From assembly GCA_963833985.1 (NCBI GenBank), contig CAWIAD010000002.1, forward strand, positions 5,920,001 through 5,984,000: 64,000 nt of DNA, read 5' to 3'. The notes under the pieces were generated by a model, which was not told the DNA's origin, did no database searches, and saw only the letters and a list, made by a program, of their open reading frames with translations. Source of the stretch: an uncultured Planctomycetaceae bacterium. GTDB lineage: Bacteria > Planctomycetota > Planctomycetia > Isosphaerales > Isosphaeraceae. Position numbers and translations under genes: made by a program. This document shows positions 33,266 to 42,902 of the stretch, piece after piece; within the stretch, counting starts at the first letter, position 1; every line of letters starts with the position of its first letter.

Positions 33266-34942
33266 ATGACTTTGATTCGTTTCTTGTTGCAGTCCTCGTA
33301 CAAGACCTTGCTCCTCTGTGCACTTGCGGGCGCGGCCGGGGGAGCCGCGGGCATCGCATTGATCGCGCTGATCCAGAATGAGCTGGCGAGCGAAGCATCG
33401 TCGCCAGGTCCGATGTGGTTGGCTTTCGGGGCAATCTGTCTGATCTCGTCCGCGGCGCGGGTTCTTGGGCAGATTGGCATGGTGAGGCTAGGCCAGAGGT
33501 CGGTGGCGCGGCTGGGGCTTTCCATCGTCCGTCGTACCCTGGAGCTACCCGTCGAGAGGTTTCAGTCGATGAACTCTTCATCGCTGCTCGCCGCCTTGAC
33601 TGAAGATATTGCGGTCATCGCCAGCGCGCTGGTGGGAATCCCGCAACTCTGCATCAATGTCCCGATCGTGATTGCGTGCCTGGCGTACATTGGTTGGCTG
33701 TCGCCGGCCATTCTCGTCTCCGGACTGGGCTGTGCCGCGCTCTCGATTGCCGCATACGTGGCACTGTCGGCTCGTGCCTCGGCGCAGCTCCGCGAGGCGC
33801 GGGCAGAGCGGGATCTGCTCGTCGATCATTACCGGACCTTGATTGGCGGGTTTCGCGAGCTCAAGCTTCACCGGGGGCGCCGCGGGGCCTTTCTCGAGGA
33901 ATTGCTGGAACCTACCACGAACTCGGTCCGGGACCGGATGGTCGGCGGCCTCAGCAGCTTCGCGGTTGCCGAAGGTTGGAGCCAGCTTGCCTTCTTCGGA
34001 TTCATCGGCATCGTGCTCTACGCCATGCCTTCGATCGTGCCGGTCACTCGTGCAACTCTCATATCGGCTGTTCTGATTGTTCTTTACCTCATGGGCCCGA
34101 TCGACATCATTCTCAACTGGGTGCCGGTTCTGGGCAGAGCGAGGACATCCCTCGACAAGCTGAAGTCCCTGCTACCGGAGCTCGATCAATGCCGGACGGG
34201 TGCTGCACTCCCCTCCGCTCCGTGTCACGGGCTGGCGTTCTCACGGTCACTTTGTCTGGAAGGCATCACGTTCACTTACCACCAGAAAGGAGGTGACGCA
34301 GGCTTCACTCTCGGGCCCATCGACCTGACGCTCCGGCCGGGAGAGATCGTGATGGTGACCGGCGGAAACGGAGCCGGCAAGACCACGCTGGCCGAGCTCG
34401 TCTCGGGTCTTTACGTGCCCTCCTCAGGCCGCATCAGGCTGGATGGCCGCGCATTGGCCGCTGAGGACCGCGAGGCCTATTGTCAGCTTTTCTCGGTGGT
34501 CTTCGCCGACGGTCAACTCTTCTCTAACCTGCTCGGGCTTCCCGCGGATGACATCAAGGCGAAGGCTCGTGACGGACTGGAACGGCTCGGGCTTGCGGAA
34601 CAGGTCTCGCTGCGCGGGCTTTCCTTTTCGACGGTCGATCTGTCCCAGGGGCAGCGCGGGCGGCTGGCGCTTCTTGGAGCGTGGCTCGAGGATCGCCCCG
34701 TTTACATCTTCGACGAATGGGCCGCCAACCAGGATCCCTCGTTCAAGAGGTTCTTCTACCGCACGCTGCTGCCCGAGCTGAAAGCCGCGGGGAAGTCCGT
34801 CCTGGTCATCAGCCACGATACCCACTATCTGGACAGCGCCGACCGCCTTGTCCGCCTACAAGACGGCCGACTGCTCGAAGAGTGCACCATGGAGATCGGG
34901 GGCGGTTGGACCCAGGGAGATTGCCAGGAACCTGATGAATGA
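33266..34942 (+). CDS. Cyclic-peptide export ABC transporter (SyrD/PvdE/YojI family)
   Basis: TM domain with GFRELKL, then GGNGAGKTT, LSQGQR and FDEWAANQDP.FKR.FY. Confidence 0.92.
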   Translation: MTLIRFLLQSSYKTLLLCALAGAAGGAAGIALIALIQNELASEASSPGPMWLAFGAICLISSAARVLGQIGMVRLGQRSVARLGLSIVRRTLELPVERFQSMNSSSLLAALTEDIAVIASALVGIPQLCINVPIVIACLAYIGWLSPAILVSGLGCAALSIAAYVALSARASAQLREARAERDLLVDHYRTLIGGFRELKLHRGRRGAFLEELLEPTTNSVRDRMVGGLSSFAVAEGWSQLAFFGFIGIVLYAMPSIVPVTRATLISAVLIVLYLMGPIDIILNWVPVLGRARTSLDKLKSLLPELDQCRTGAALPSAPCHGLAFSRSLCLEGITFTYHQKGGDAGFTLGPIDLTLRPGEIVMVTGGNGAGKTTLAELVSGLYVPSSGRIRLDGRALAAEDREAYCQLFSVVFADGQLFSNLLGLPADDIKAKARDGLERLGLAEQVSLRGLSFSTVDLSQGQRGRLALLGAWLEDRPVYIFDEWAANQDPSFKRFFYRTLLPELKAAGKSVLVISHDTHYLDSADRLVRLQDGRLLEECTMEIGGGWTQGDCQEPDE

Positions 34943-36228
34943 AAAAAATCCTCTTTGTCTTGAGTCTGTTCTGGGGTGGTGGAATCTTCGGCCTCTGGTA
35001 CTGGAATGACCATCAAACCCAGCGCGTCGTGTTTCGCACCGTCGCGATCAAGCGAGGCGACCTGCGGTCAACGATCAACGCGACGGGGACGATCGAGCCG
35101 GAAGAGGTCGTCGACGTCGGGGCCCAGGTTGCCGGGATGCTCCAGAGCTTCGGTGAGGATCCAAACCGTGCAGGCAAGCCGATCAGCTACGGCTCACGCG
35201 TTGAGCAAGACACCGTCCTGGCCCGGCTCGAGAATGCCCTGTTCCGCACCCGCGTGGATCAGGCGCGCGGCAGCCTCTCCAAGTCCGAGGCCGATATCGA
35301 GCAAGCACAAGCGAAGCTGCGCCAGGCCGCGCGCGAGCTGGAGCGAACCAGGAAGCTCAGAGCGCGCGGAGGGGCTGTCATCGCGGAGCAGGAATACGAG
35401 GTCGCCATGGCAAACTTCGAGTCGGCCAAGGCCGTCGTGAACGTCTGTCAGAGCGAGCGAGCCATCGCCCAGTCCAACCTCGAGGAGGCCACCGTCAACC
35501 TGGGATACACGACCATCCGATCGCCGGTGAAGGGAGTCATCATCGACCGCCGCGCCAATATTGGCCAGACTGTCGGGGCGAGTCTGAATGCCCCGAGCCT
35601 CTTCCTCATTGCCAAGGATCTGAGCCGCCTGGAGTTATGGTCATCGGTGAATGAGACGGATATCGGTTCGATCCACGAGAACCAGGTTGTCCAGTTCACG
35701 GTCGGCGCTCTACCGCAAGAGACGTTCCAGGGAAGGGTCTCGCAGATCCGCCTGAACGCGAGCATGACGCAGAACGTCGTGACCTACACGGTGGTGGTCG
35801 CGGTGGATAACTCCGCGGGCCGGCTGCTCCCCTACCTGACCGCCCGGCTGCAATTTGAGGTGGAGGCGAGAAAAGGGGTTCTGCTTGTGCCCAACGCCGC
35901 GCTGCGATGGCAACCGCGCCTCAAGGACGTCGATCCGGAGGCCACGGAAGTGTATACCCAGGTTCAGCATGCCGCGGCCCGGCCCGATGATGCGGTTACC
36001 AGCTCCGGCTCCGCGTCCAGCCACTCCGGATGGCTCTGGCTGCGGCACGGCGAACATGTCAGGCCAATCGCGGTTCACGTCGGGCTGTCTGACGGGTTCA
36101 TGACGGAAATCGCCGGGAAGGATTTGAATGAGGGGAGCCAGGTGGTCGTGGGCGCCAGCCGGCTCGACTCCGAGCCCGACGCGCTATCGATCCTGCCGCA
36201 CACGTGGGGCGAATCGGAGAAGAAATGA
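34939..36228 (+). CDS. macA: MacA-like periplasmic adaptor
   Basis: ATGTIEP..VDVGAQV.G, TIRSPV.G and NVVTYTVV motifs. Confidence 0.87.
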   Translation: MKKILFVLSLFWGGGIFGLWYWNDHQTQRVVFRTVAIKRGDLRSTINATGTIEPEEVVDVGAQVAGMLQSFGEDPNRAGKPISYGSRVEQDTVLARLENALFRTRVDQARGSLSKSEADIEQAQAKLRQAARELERTRKLRARGGAVIAEQEYEVAMANFESAKAVVNVCQSERAIAQSNLEEATVNLGYTTIRSPVKGVIIDRRANIGQTVGASLNAPSLFLIAKDLSRLELWSSVNETDIGSIHENQVVQFTVGALPQETFQGRVSQIRLNASMTQNVVTYTVVVAVDNSAGRLLPYLTARLQFEVEARKGVLLVPNAALRWQPRLKDVDPEATEVYTQVQHAAARPDDAVTSSGSASSHSGWLWLRHGEHVRPIAVHVGLSDGFMTEIAGKDLNEGSQVVVGASRLDSEPDALSILPHTWGESEKK

Positions 36229-38449
36229 CGCGCGCCGACCAGGACCAGCCCGGGGAGCTGATCAGGCTCCAGGACATCCACAAGACCTACACGCGCGGGG
36301 CGATCGAGGTCCCCGTGCTCAGGGGCCTGTCACTCACAATCCAGCGGCGCGAGATGGTCGCGCTCATGGGCTCGTCGGGTTCAGGCAAGACCACCCTCAT
36401 CAATATCCTGGGATTCCTCGACCGCCCCACAAGCGGGAGGTACTGGCTCGAGGGCCGGGATGTCACCCGGCTCGGTGCACCGGAGCGCGCCTGGCTGCGT
36501 TCCATGCAAGTTGGTTTCGTTTTTCAGAACTTCAATCTGCTGCCCCGGATGACAGCGATCGAGAATGTGATGATGCCGCTCAGCTACGGCGCGCATGACT
36601 TCGCGCAACGCGAGTGCCGCGCCGCTGCCCGATCGCTGCTCGAACGCGTGGGCCTGGGTGACCGCCTTGATCATGAGCCCGCGCGCCTCTCCGGCGGGGA
36701 ACAACAACGCGTGGCGATCGCCCGGGCGCTGATCAACGGGTGCAGCCTGCTGATCGCCGATGAGCCGACCGGTAACCTTGATTCGAAGACGGGAGAGGAG
36801 ATCCTCTCGCTCTTCCGCGAGCTCAACCTCGAAGAAGACATCACGATCCTGCTCGTGACTCACGATCCGGCCGTCGCCGCGCATGCGGGACGCATCATCC
36901 GCATGCGCGACGGGTTGGTCTTCGATGTCGAGCGCGCCATCCCATCAGCACAGGATCCGACGCGCCTGGCCGATGCCCCCGTGAACGAGACCCCCGCGCG
37001 GGAGCGGACCGCTTCGGCCGCGCCCGGCGCGCCTCGGCCTGCGTGCGGACTTCTCGAAGTAAGCCCTGGATCTCTGCACGTTTTCTGGCACGCACGACGT
37101 CGACGGCCATCCGTTCGCTCCGCCGCAATGCCCTGCGTTCCGCATTGACGACGCTCGGCATCATCATCGGCGTGGGTTCATTGCTGGCCATCGCGGAAGT
37201 TGGCAAGGGAGCCTGGTCGGCCATTCGCCTGCTCCTGACGAAGACGGGAGTCGATAACATCGTGATCCAGGCCGGTGCGGCGTCTCGCAACGGCGTGAGC
37301 CTGGGGAGCGGCAGCGTCAAGACTCTGACGCCCGAAGACGCGACGGCGATGCTGCACGAATGCCCGAGCATTGACAGCCTGGCGCCTCTGGTCTTCACCC
37401 GGCGGCAGGCGGTCCATGGCAACAAAAACTGGATCCCCAGCACGTTCGTCGGCACGACTCCGAGCTACCTCCGGGTCCGGGAGTGGGAGGACATGGACGA
37501 AGGAGAGCCATTCACCGAGGAGGACGTCCAGAAGATTGCGATGGTCTGCATGCTGGGCGCAACGGTGGCCCACGAACTCTTCGGAGAAGAATCGCCGGTC
37601 GGGCAGGAAATCTACGTGAGCGACGTGCCCTTGCGGGTGGTGGGCGTCCTGAGCCGCAAGGGGGCTGATATCGTGGGTGAAGATCAGGACGACATCCTGG
37701 TTGCCCCCTGGACGACACTGAAGTTCCGGGTGAGTTCCCAGGCGGCCACGTCGGCGGATCATAATCCCCAGCAAGAGCTGTCCGAGACGCAGGCGATTCC
37801 GTCTCGTCGCTACCCGCAGGGCCACTCTGCGTCGTTTCCGACCCGATCCCTGGCACAGATGCTTGACACGCCCAGGCTGGAACGGCTCGCGAACGTCGAT
37901 TCGATTCTCGTTCGTGCCGTGTCAACCAACGAGATCCCGCCGGCCATCGCGCAGATCACCCGCGTCCTTCGCGAACGGCATCGAATCGCGCCGGGGACGG
38001 CCGCCGACTTTGCCGTTCGCGACTTCACCGAAGTGGTCCGCGCTGTCAAGGGGACCGTGACGCTTGTCGCGGAGCTGCTCCTCTGCGTTGCGCTCATCTC
38101 GCTGGTCGTGGGCGGCATCGGGATCATGAACGTCATGCTCGTCAGCGTGACCGAGCGCTATCGTGAGATTGGCCTGCGCATGGCGGTTGGAGCACGGTCG
38201 CGCGATATCCTCCAGCAGTTCCTCTTCGAGGCCGTGGTCCTATGCATGCTGGGGGGTGCGGCGGGCCTCGCGGCCGGCCGGAGCGCCTCGCTGCTTGTGC
38301 GGCTTATTGCGCACTGGCCCACCGAGCCGTCACTGGCCGCGGTGCTCGCCTCCGTCTCGGTCTCCGCCACGATCGGCGTGATCTTCGGGTATTACCCGGC
38401 GTGGAAGGCCTCACGACTCGACCCGATCGAGGCTCTGCGATTCGAGTGA
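36225..38449 (+). CDS. macB: MacB-like ABC ATPase-permease fusion; frameshift near 37040
   Basis: GSSGSGKT, LSGGEQQRV and DEPTGNLD, then RSALTTLGIIIGV, MNVMLVSVTER.REIG and PAWKASRLDPIEALRFE. Confidence 0.87.
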
Positions 38450-38683
38450 TTGGACCGGCAGTGCGGCTGCATGTCGGTGCCCTCTCGATCTGCACAGTCT
38501 GTCCCACGTGAGTGGCTTGACGGGGCCGCTGGCAAGTTTCGCCAGCAGCACGTCTGTTCCCCCGGTCCCATCCCTCTATTCTGCATGCCATGGCTACGAG
38601 CGTCGGCCTCTGATTGTTCCCCCTATGGGGCCAATACCTTTGAAATAGTGTTTACGAGAAGAGGGCAAGACGTTTGCGACAGA

Positions 38684-38702
38684 CTTGTTCCCACGCTCCG
38701 CG
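38684..38702. repeat. REP-like arm CTTGTTCCCACGCTCCGCG (left flank of IS)
   Basis: Inverted copy (17/19) of 40285-40303. Resembles the GTTCCCACGC..GCGTGGGAAC REP class. Confidence 0.65.
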
Positions 38703-40284
38703 CTTGTCATTCCCGGAAAACTGCATCCATGCATATGCAATTAGTAGTGTACATGTGCATTGATTCTCGCGCACTCAAGCTTTGCTCCCCTTACCAGCAG
38801 CCGGAGCACCTTCATGCCGCGCCAGAGCGTGATCCAGCCGGGCATCCCGTCTCGTCGCCGGTTCATATGCCCACCGAGCCGCCCCAGGGCAAGCAACACG
38901 TCTGCCACGGTCTTGAGTTCACGCTCGACCGCCAGACCGAGCACCTCCAGCTCGGGCTCCTCCAGGCCAGTGCTTGCCGCGGGAGCTCCCGGGAAGCCCT
39001 TGCCGAGCTCGCGCAGATCCAGCAGCCGAAGCGCCACCACGCTCATCACGGCGATCGCAGCGAACAATCGGTTGCCCCGCTCCAGCTGCAAATCCTCAGC
39101 CTTCATGCCCGTCTTGAGGCCCTTGTGAAACTCCTCGATCAGAAAGCGTGTGCCGTAGTCCATCACCACCATGATCGCAGCGCTGAAGCTCTCCGTCGGG
39201 CTGTCCGTGTAGAGCACCCATTCCAGCGGCGCGACGCCTTCAGGCGGGTCTTGCTCCCAGACCCGCACGAACCAGCCGTCGATCGGCTCGCCCGTGCCGG
39301 CCGCGCGGCCCGCACGCTCGGGTGCCCGCACGCGCACCGGACCACAACTGATCAGGAGCTTCGCGCGCTGCGCGGCCTTACCATCGCGGCCACGCAGGTC
39401 CAGATACATTCCCCCCACGGGCGCCACGCCCACGATGTGGTCGAAGACCAGCCCGAGCCGCTTACCATCGGCCGGATTGAGCAGAATGCGATTTTGACTG
39501 ACCCGGATCACGAAACCGTGGCCTGCCGCGCGACAGGACTCCATGTACTCATGAATATCTGCCTCTCGATCGGCGACGCGCACCCAGCGGACCTCCGGGT
39601 TCTCTGGCGCCGGGCCAATCCGCTTGCCCGACTCGAGCCAGCGATCCGACTCCCGATCCCGGATCTGCCGTTGCCGCGATCCGGCCTGTTTCGGCGTGTC
39701 GGGATCCCGCGGGATGCGGATGAGGTATTGCTGGTCGGCGAGCCCCAGGATCGTGACCGGGGGCCGACGACCGCTCGCATCAGGTACGGGCGACGAGTCG
39801 GCACGCATCGCAAGGATGGAGTGGAGGAGAAAGCCCTGCTGTCCCGGCTCCGAGTCACCAATCGGCCCAAGCCCGGGCATTGGCTGCTTGCGATGAGAGA
39901 ACGAGGGAAACGTGGTGTCTTCGATGAGGAGATATCGCCCCGGTTTGCGGAGTTCGGCCATCACCAGTCGGCGGTGAGTCGCCTGGATCGCATCGGGGAC
40001 CACCTCGCGTTCGTCGAGGAGGTCATAGGTCGCGTTGATGTCGTACTTGCGGGTGAACAACTCGGGGATCATCTTCCCGGGTTGCTCAGCGAGGGCCTCC
40101 GCAAACGCCATGAGGCGATTCCTCCTGGTGCAATGGCCGAGCCTGATCCCGTCGAACTGCATCCGAGCCCATTGGGCGGGCGGGGACTGGTGGACTGACA
40201 TCCCTGTGAACATAGTTGGTTCCATCCATGAGCATGCTGGTAGAATCCAGCCAACCATGTTAACAAATTCTCGGGAATGACAAG
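38703..40284 (-). mobile_element. IS4-family (IS50/Tn5-like) insertion sequence, about 1.58 kb
   Basis: Terminal IRs CTTGTCATTCCCG / CGGGAATGACAAG enclose a single transposase gene. Confidence 0.88.
38741..40225 (-). CDS. IS4-family DDE transposase
   Basis: IEDTT, VADREADI, Y..RFLIEEFHKGLKTG and LGGH..R..DG.PGWITLWRG motifs. Confidence 0.93.
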   Translation of the reverse strand: MEPTMFTGMSVHQSPPAQWARMQFDGIRLGHCTRRNRLMAFAEALAEQPGKMIPELFTRKYDINATYDLLDEREVVPDAIQATHRRLVMAELRKPGRYLLIEDTTFPSFSHRKQPMPGLGPIGDSEPGQQGFLLHSILAMRADSSPVPDASGRRPPVTILGLADQQYLIRIPRDPDTPKQAGSRQRQIRDRESDRWLESGKRIGPAPENPEVRWVRVADREADIHEYMESCRAAGHGFVIRVSQNRILLNPADGKRLGLVFDHIVGVAPVGGMYLDLRGRDGKAAQRAKLLISCGPVRVRAPERAGRAAGTGEPIDGWFVRVWEQDPPEGVAPLEWVLYTDSPTESFSAAIMVVMDYGTRFLIEEFHKGLKTGMKAEDLQLERGNRLFAAIAVMSVVALRLLDLRELGKGFPGAPAASTGLEEPELEVLGLAVERELKTVADVLLALGRLGGHMNRRRDGMPGWITLWRGMKVLRLLVRGAKLECARINAHVHY

Positions 40285-40303
40285 CGCAGAGCGTGGGAAC
40301 GAG
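40285..40303. repeat. REP-like arm CGCAGAGCGTGGGAACGAG (right flank of IS)
   Basis: Reverse complement is CTCGTTCCCACGCTCTGCG, which matches the left flank. Confidence 0.65.
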
Positions 40304-40629
40304 GGACCAACCTATGCTCGTACGCAACTTATCGCTATTTCAACGGTATTGCCCTTATGGGGCAGACCCTGCGCCTGAGTTCCCCTGACCGCGACGATTC
40401 CGGCGGAGCCGTTCGTGCGGAACGACTCTCTACTTGATCGAGTACGCCAAACCGTTTCCGGATGATGCCGGTGAACCACCGCCGCGCTTTCCGTGTCGTC
40501 TGAAGGATCAAGGCGGGCCCATGGACTCCTTCATTTCGGCAGGAGATGATGGGAGATCGCACCGGACGGCGCTGTGATCCGGTGACGGGAGCTGGCCGGG
40601 TTCGGGAGTCGAGAGCGGGGTGTGGGACG

Positions 40630-42030
40630 ATGCTGCTGACGATCACGACCACGCACCGTCCGGCCACGGACCTCGGCTACCTGCTGCACAAGCACCCCGA
40701 GCGGTTCCAGAGCTACGAGCTGAGCTTCGGCCGGGCGCATGTCTTCTACCCGGAGGCGACAGCCAAGCGCTGCCGGGCCTGCCTGCTGCTCGATGTCGAT
40801 TCGGTGGGCACGGTGCGCCGCAAGGGTCAGGCGGAAGGCTTACTCGACCAGTATGTCAACGACCGGCCCTACGTCGCGTCCTCCTTTCTGAGCGTGGCGA
40901 TCTCCCAGGTCCTCGGTTCGGCCCTCCAGGGCCGGTGCCAGGACCGCCCGGAGCTGGCCGAGACCCCGCTACCACTGGTGGCCCGGCTCGATGTCCTGCC
41001 CGTGCGCGGTGGGGAGCGGTTCTTGCGGAAGGTGTTCGAGCCGCTGGGCTACGCCGTCGAGGCCCAGCCACACCCGCTCGACGAGCGTTTTCCGGCGTGG
41101 GGCGAAAGCCCGTACTTTTCGGTCACCGTGGCCGGGGTCGCCACGCTTTCGGAACTGCTGACGCATCTGTACGTCCTGGTGCCGGTTTTCGACAACTCCA
41201 AGCACTACTTCGTCGGCGACGAGGAGCTCGAAAAGCTGCTCACCCGGGGGAGCGGCTGGTTGGCGACTCACCCCGAGCGGGAGGAGATCACCCGGCGCTA
41301 CCTGAAGTTCCAGCCCAGTCTCTTCCGACAGGCGCTCGCCCGGTTGATGCAAGAGGAGCAGCCGTCCGAGGCGGAAGACGACGGGAAATCTCCCGGCGAG
41401 CGGGCCGAGGAAGTGCTGGAAAAGCCCCTGAGCCTGCACGACCAGCGCATCGGGGCCGTCCTGGCGGGGCTACGCTCGTGCGGGGCGAAGCGCGTGCTCG
41501 ACCTGGGCTGCGGTGAGGGCAAACTCCTGCGGGAACTGCTCAAGGAGAGACAGTTCGAGGAGATCGTCGGCATGGACGTGTCCATCCGCTCGCTGGAGAC
41601 CGCCCGCGACCGGCTCAAGCTCGACCGTTTGCCCGAGAAACAGGCCGCCCGGCTCAAGCTGGTCCACGGATCACTGATCTATCGTGACCGGCGCCTGGAA
41701 GGGTTTGATGCGGCCGCGGTGGTCGAGGTCGTCGAGCACCTCGACCCCTTCCGGCTCACGGCCTTCGAGCGCGCCGTCTTCGAGTTCGCCCGCCCCGGCA
41801 CGGTGATCCTGACCACGCCCAATAAGGAGTACAACGTCACCTGGGAGAACCTCGGGGCCGACAGGCTGCGCCATCCCGACCACCGGTTCGAGTGGAGACG
41901 AGACGAGTTCCGGTCCTGGGCCGAAGGTGTCGCCGGGCGGCACGGCTACTCGGTACGGTTCCTGGCGATCGGGCCGGCAGACGAGGTGCTGGGGCCACCC
42001 ACGCAGATGGGAGTGTTCGAGCGTGAATAA
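40630..42030 (+). CDS. hen1: Hen1 3'-terminal RNA ribose 2'-O-methyltransferase
   Basis: MLLTITTT..PATDLGYLLHKHP, QYVNDRPYVASS, VLDLGCGEG, EVVEHL, TTPN.EYN and RH.DHRFEW motifs. Confidence 0.96.
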   Translation: MLLTITTTHRPATDLGYLLHKHPERFQSYELSFGRAHVFYPEATAKRCRACLLLDVDSVGTVRRKGQAEGLLDQYVNDRPYVASSFLSVAISQVLGSALQGRCQDRPELAETPLPLVARLDVLPVRGGERFLRKVFEPLGYAVEAQPHPLDERFPAWGESPYFSVTVAGVATLSELLTHLYVLVPVFDNSKHYFVGDEELEKLLTRGSGWLATHPEREEITRRYLKFQPSLFRQALARLMQEEQPSEAEDDGKSPGERAEEVLEKPLSLHDQRIGAVLAGLRSCGAKRVLDLGCGEGKLLRELLKERQFEEIVGMDVSIRSLETARDRLKLDRLPEKQAARLKLVHGSLIYRDRRLEGFDAAAVVEVVEHLDPFRLTAFERAVFEFARPGTVILTTPNKEYNVTWENLGADRLRHPDHRFEWRRDEFRSWAEGVAGRHGYSVRFLAIGPADEVLGPPTQMGVFERE

Positions 42031-42862
42031 CCCGAAATGCCCCGTGGAGTTGGCTGATTCGAGAAACGATCCGCGTCGTGTGGAGGAACTGATCTCAGCA
42101 GCCCTGAAAGCGCCTGATACTGACGAGACCACCTACTGGGATGCGATCGAAGCTCTGCACTGGCGGGGGAATCGGGACGTTCTGGACCAGGCGTCTCCTC
42201 TGTGTCACAGCCCGTGCTCCGTGGAACGCAGAGTCGGTGCAGACATTCTCGGGCAATTGGGGTGCCCTGATCGCACTTTCCCCGAGGAGTGTTGCCGTAT
42301 CCTGACGGGACTCTTGGAAATTGAGCAAGAAACCAGTGTGGTTTCAGCGGCACTCGTCGCCCTTTCGCACCACAGGGCTCCCGACGCAATCGGGCTGGTA
42401 TCACGGTTTCTCCACCACGCTGACGCCGTGGTGCGTCATGCCGTGGTCCTGGCGCTGATGGGCTACGAGACTGCGAATGCCATTGAGCCACTCAGGGAAT
42501 TGACGAGAGACCCGGATGCTCACGTCCGAGACTGGGCGACTTTTGCCTTGGGAACACAGGTGGACGTAGACACACCAGAGGTTCGACAGGCACTTGTTGA
42601 AAGGCTGACCGATGAAGATGCCGACGCTCGTGGGGAAGCGTTCGTCGGCTTGGCCAGACGGAGAGACCGGCGGCTGCTCCTGGCACTCCAGGCAGAGCTC
42701 GCTTCGGATTCGGTCGGGACGCACAGCGTCGAAGCTGCTTCCCTGATAGGCGATCCGTCCCTCTATCCCTTCCTCATCGATCTTCGGGGTTGGTGGGACA
42801 AGAATGGTGACACCGAACTGCTCCACGAGGCCATCGAGGCATGCCGGCCCGATTCCGGGTAG
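42023..42862 (+). CDS. HEAT-repeat protein, YibA-like
   Basis: GTG overlaps the hen1 stop. RRVGADILGQL, D.D..VRDWATFAL and RGEAFVGLARRRDRR are HEAT repeats. Confidence 0.8.
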   Translation: MNNPKCPVELADSRNDPRRVEELISAALKAPDTDETTYWDAIEALHWRGNRDVLDQASPLCHSPCSVERRVGADILGQLGCPDRTFPEECCRILTGLLEIEQETSVVSAALVALSHHRAPDAIGLVSRFLHHADAVVRHAVVLALMGYETANAIEPLRELTRDPDAHVRDWATFALGTQVDVDTPEVRQALVERLTDEDADARGEAFVGLARRRDRRLLLALQAELASDSVGTHSVEAASLIGDPSLYPFLIDLRGWWDKNGDTELLHEAIEACRPDSG

Positions 42863-42902
42863 GCCACGTCCGGTCGCCATGAGATCGTTGGTTGACGATT
42901 CC

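Noticed and set aside
38450..40198. 582-aa plus-strand ORF
   Set aside because: It is the antisense shadow of the IS4 transposase and has no recognisable motifs.
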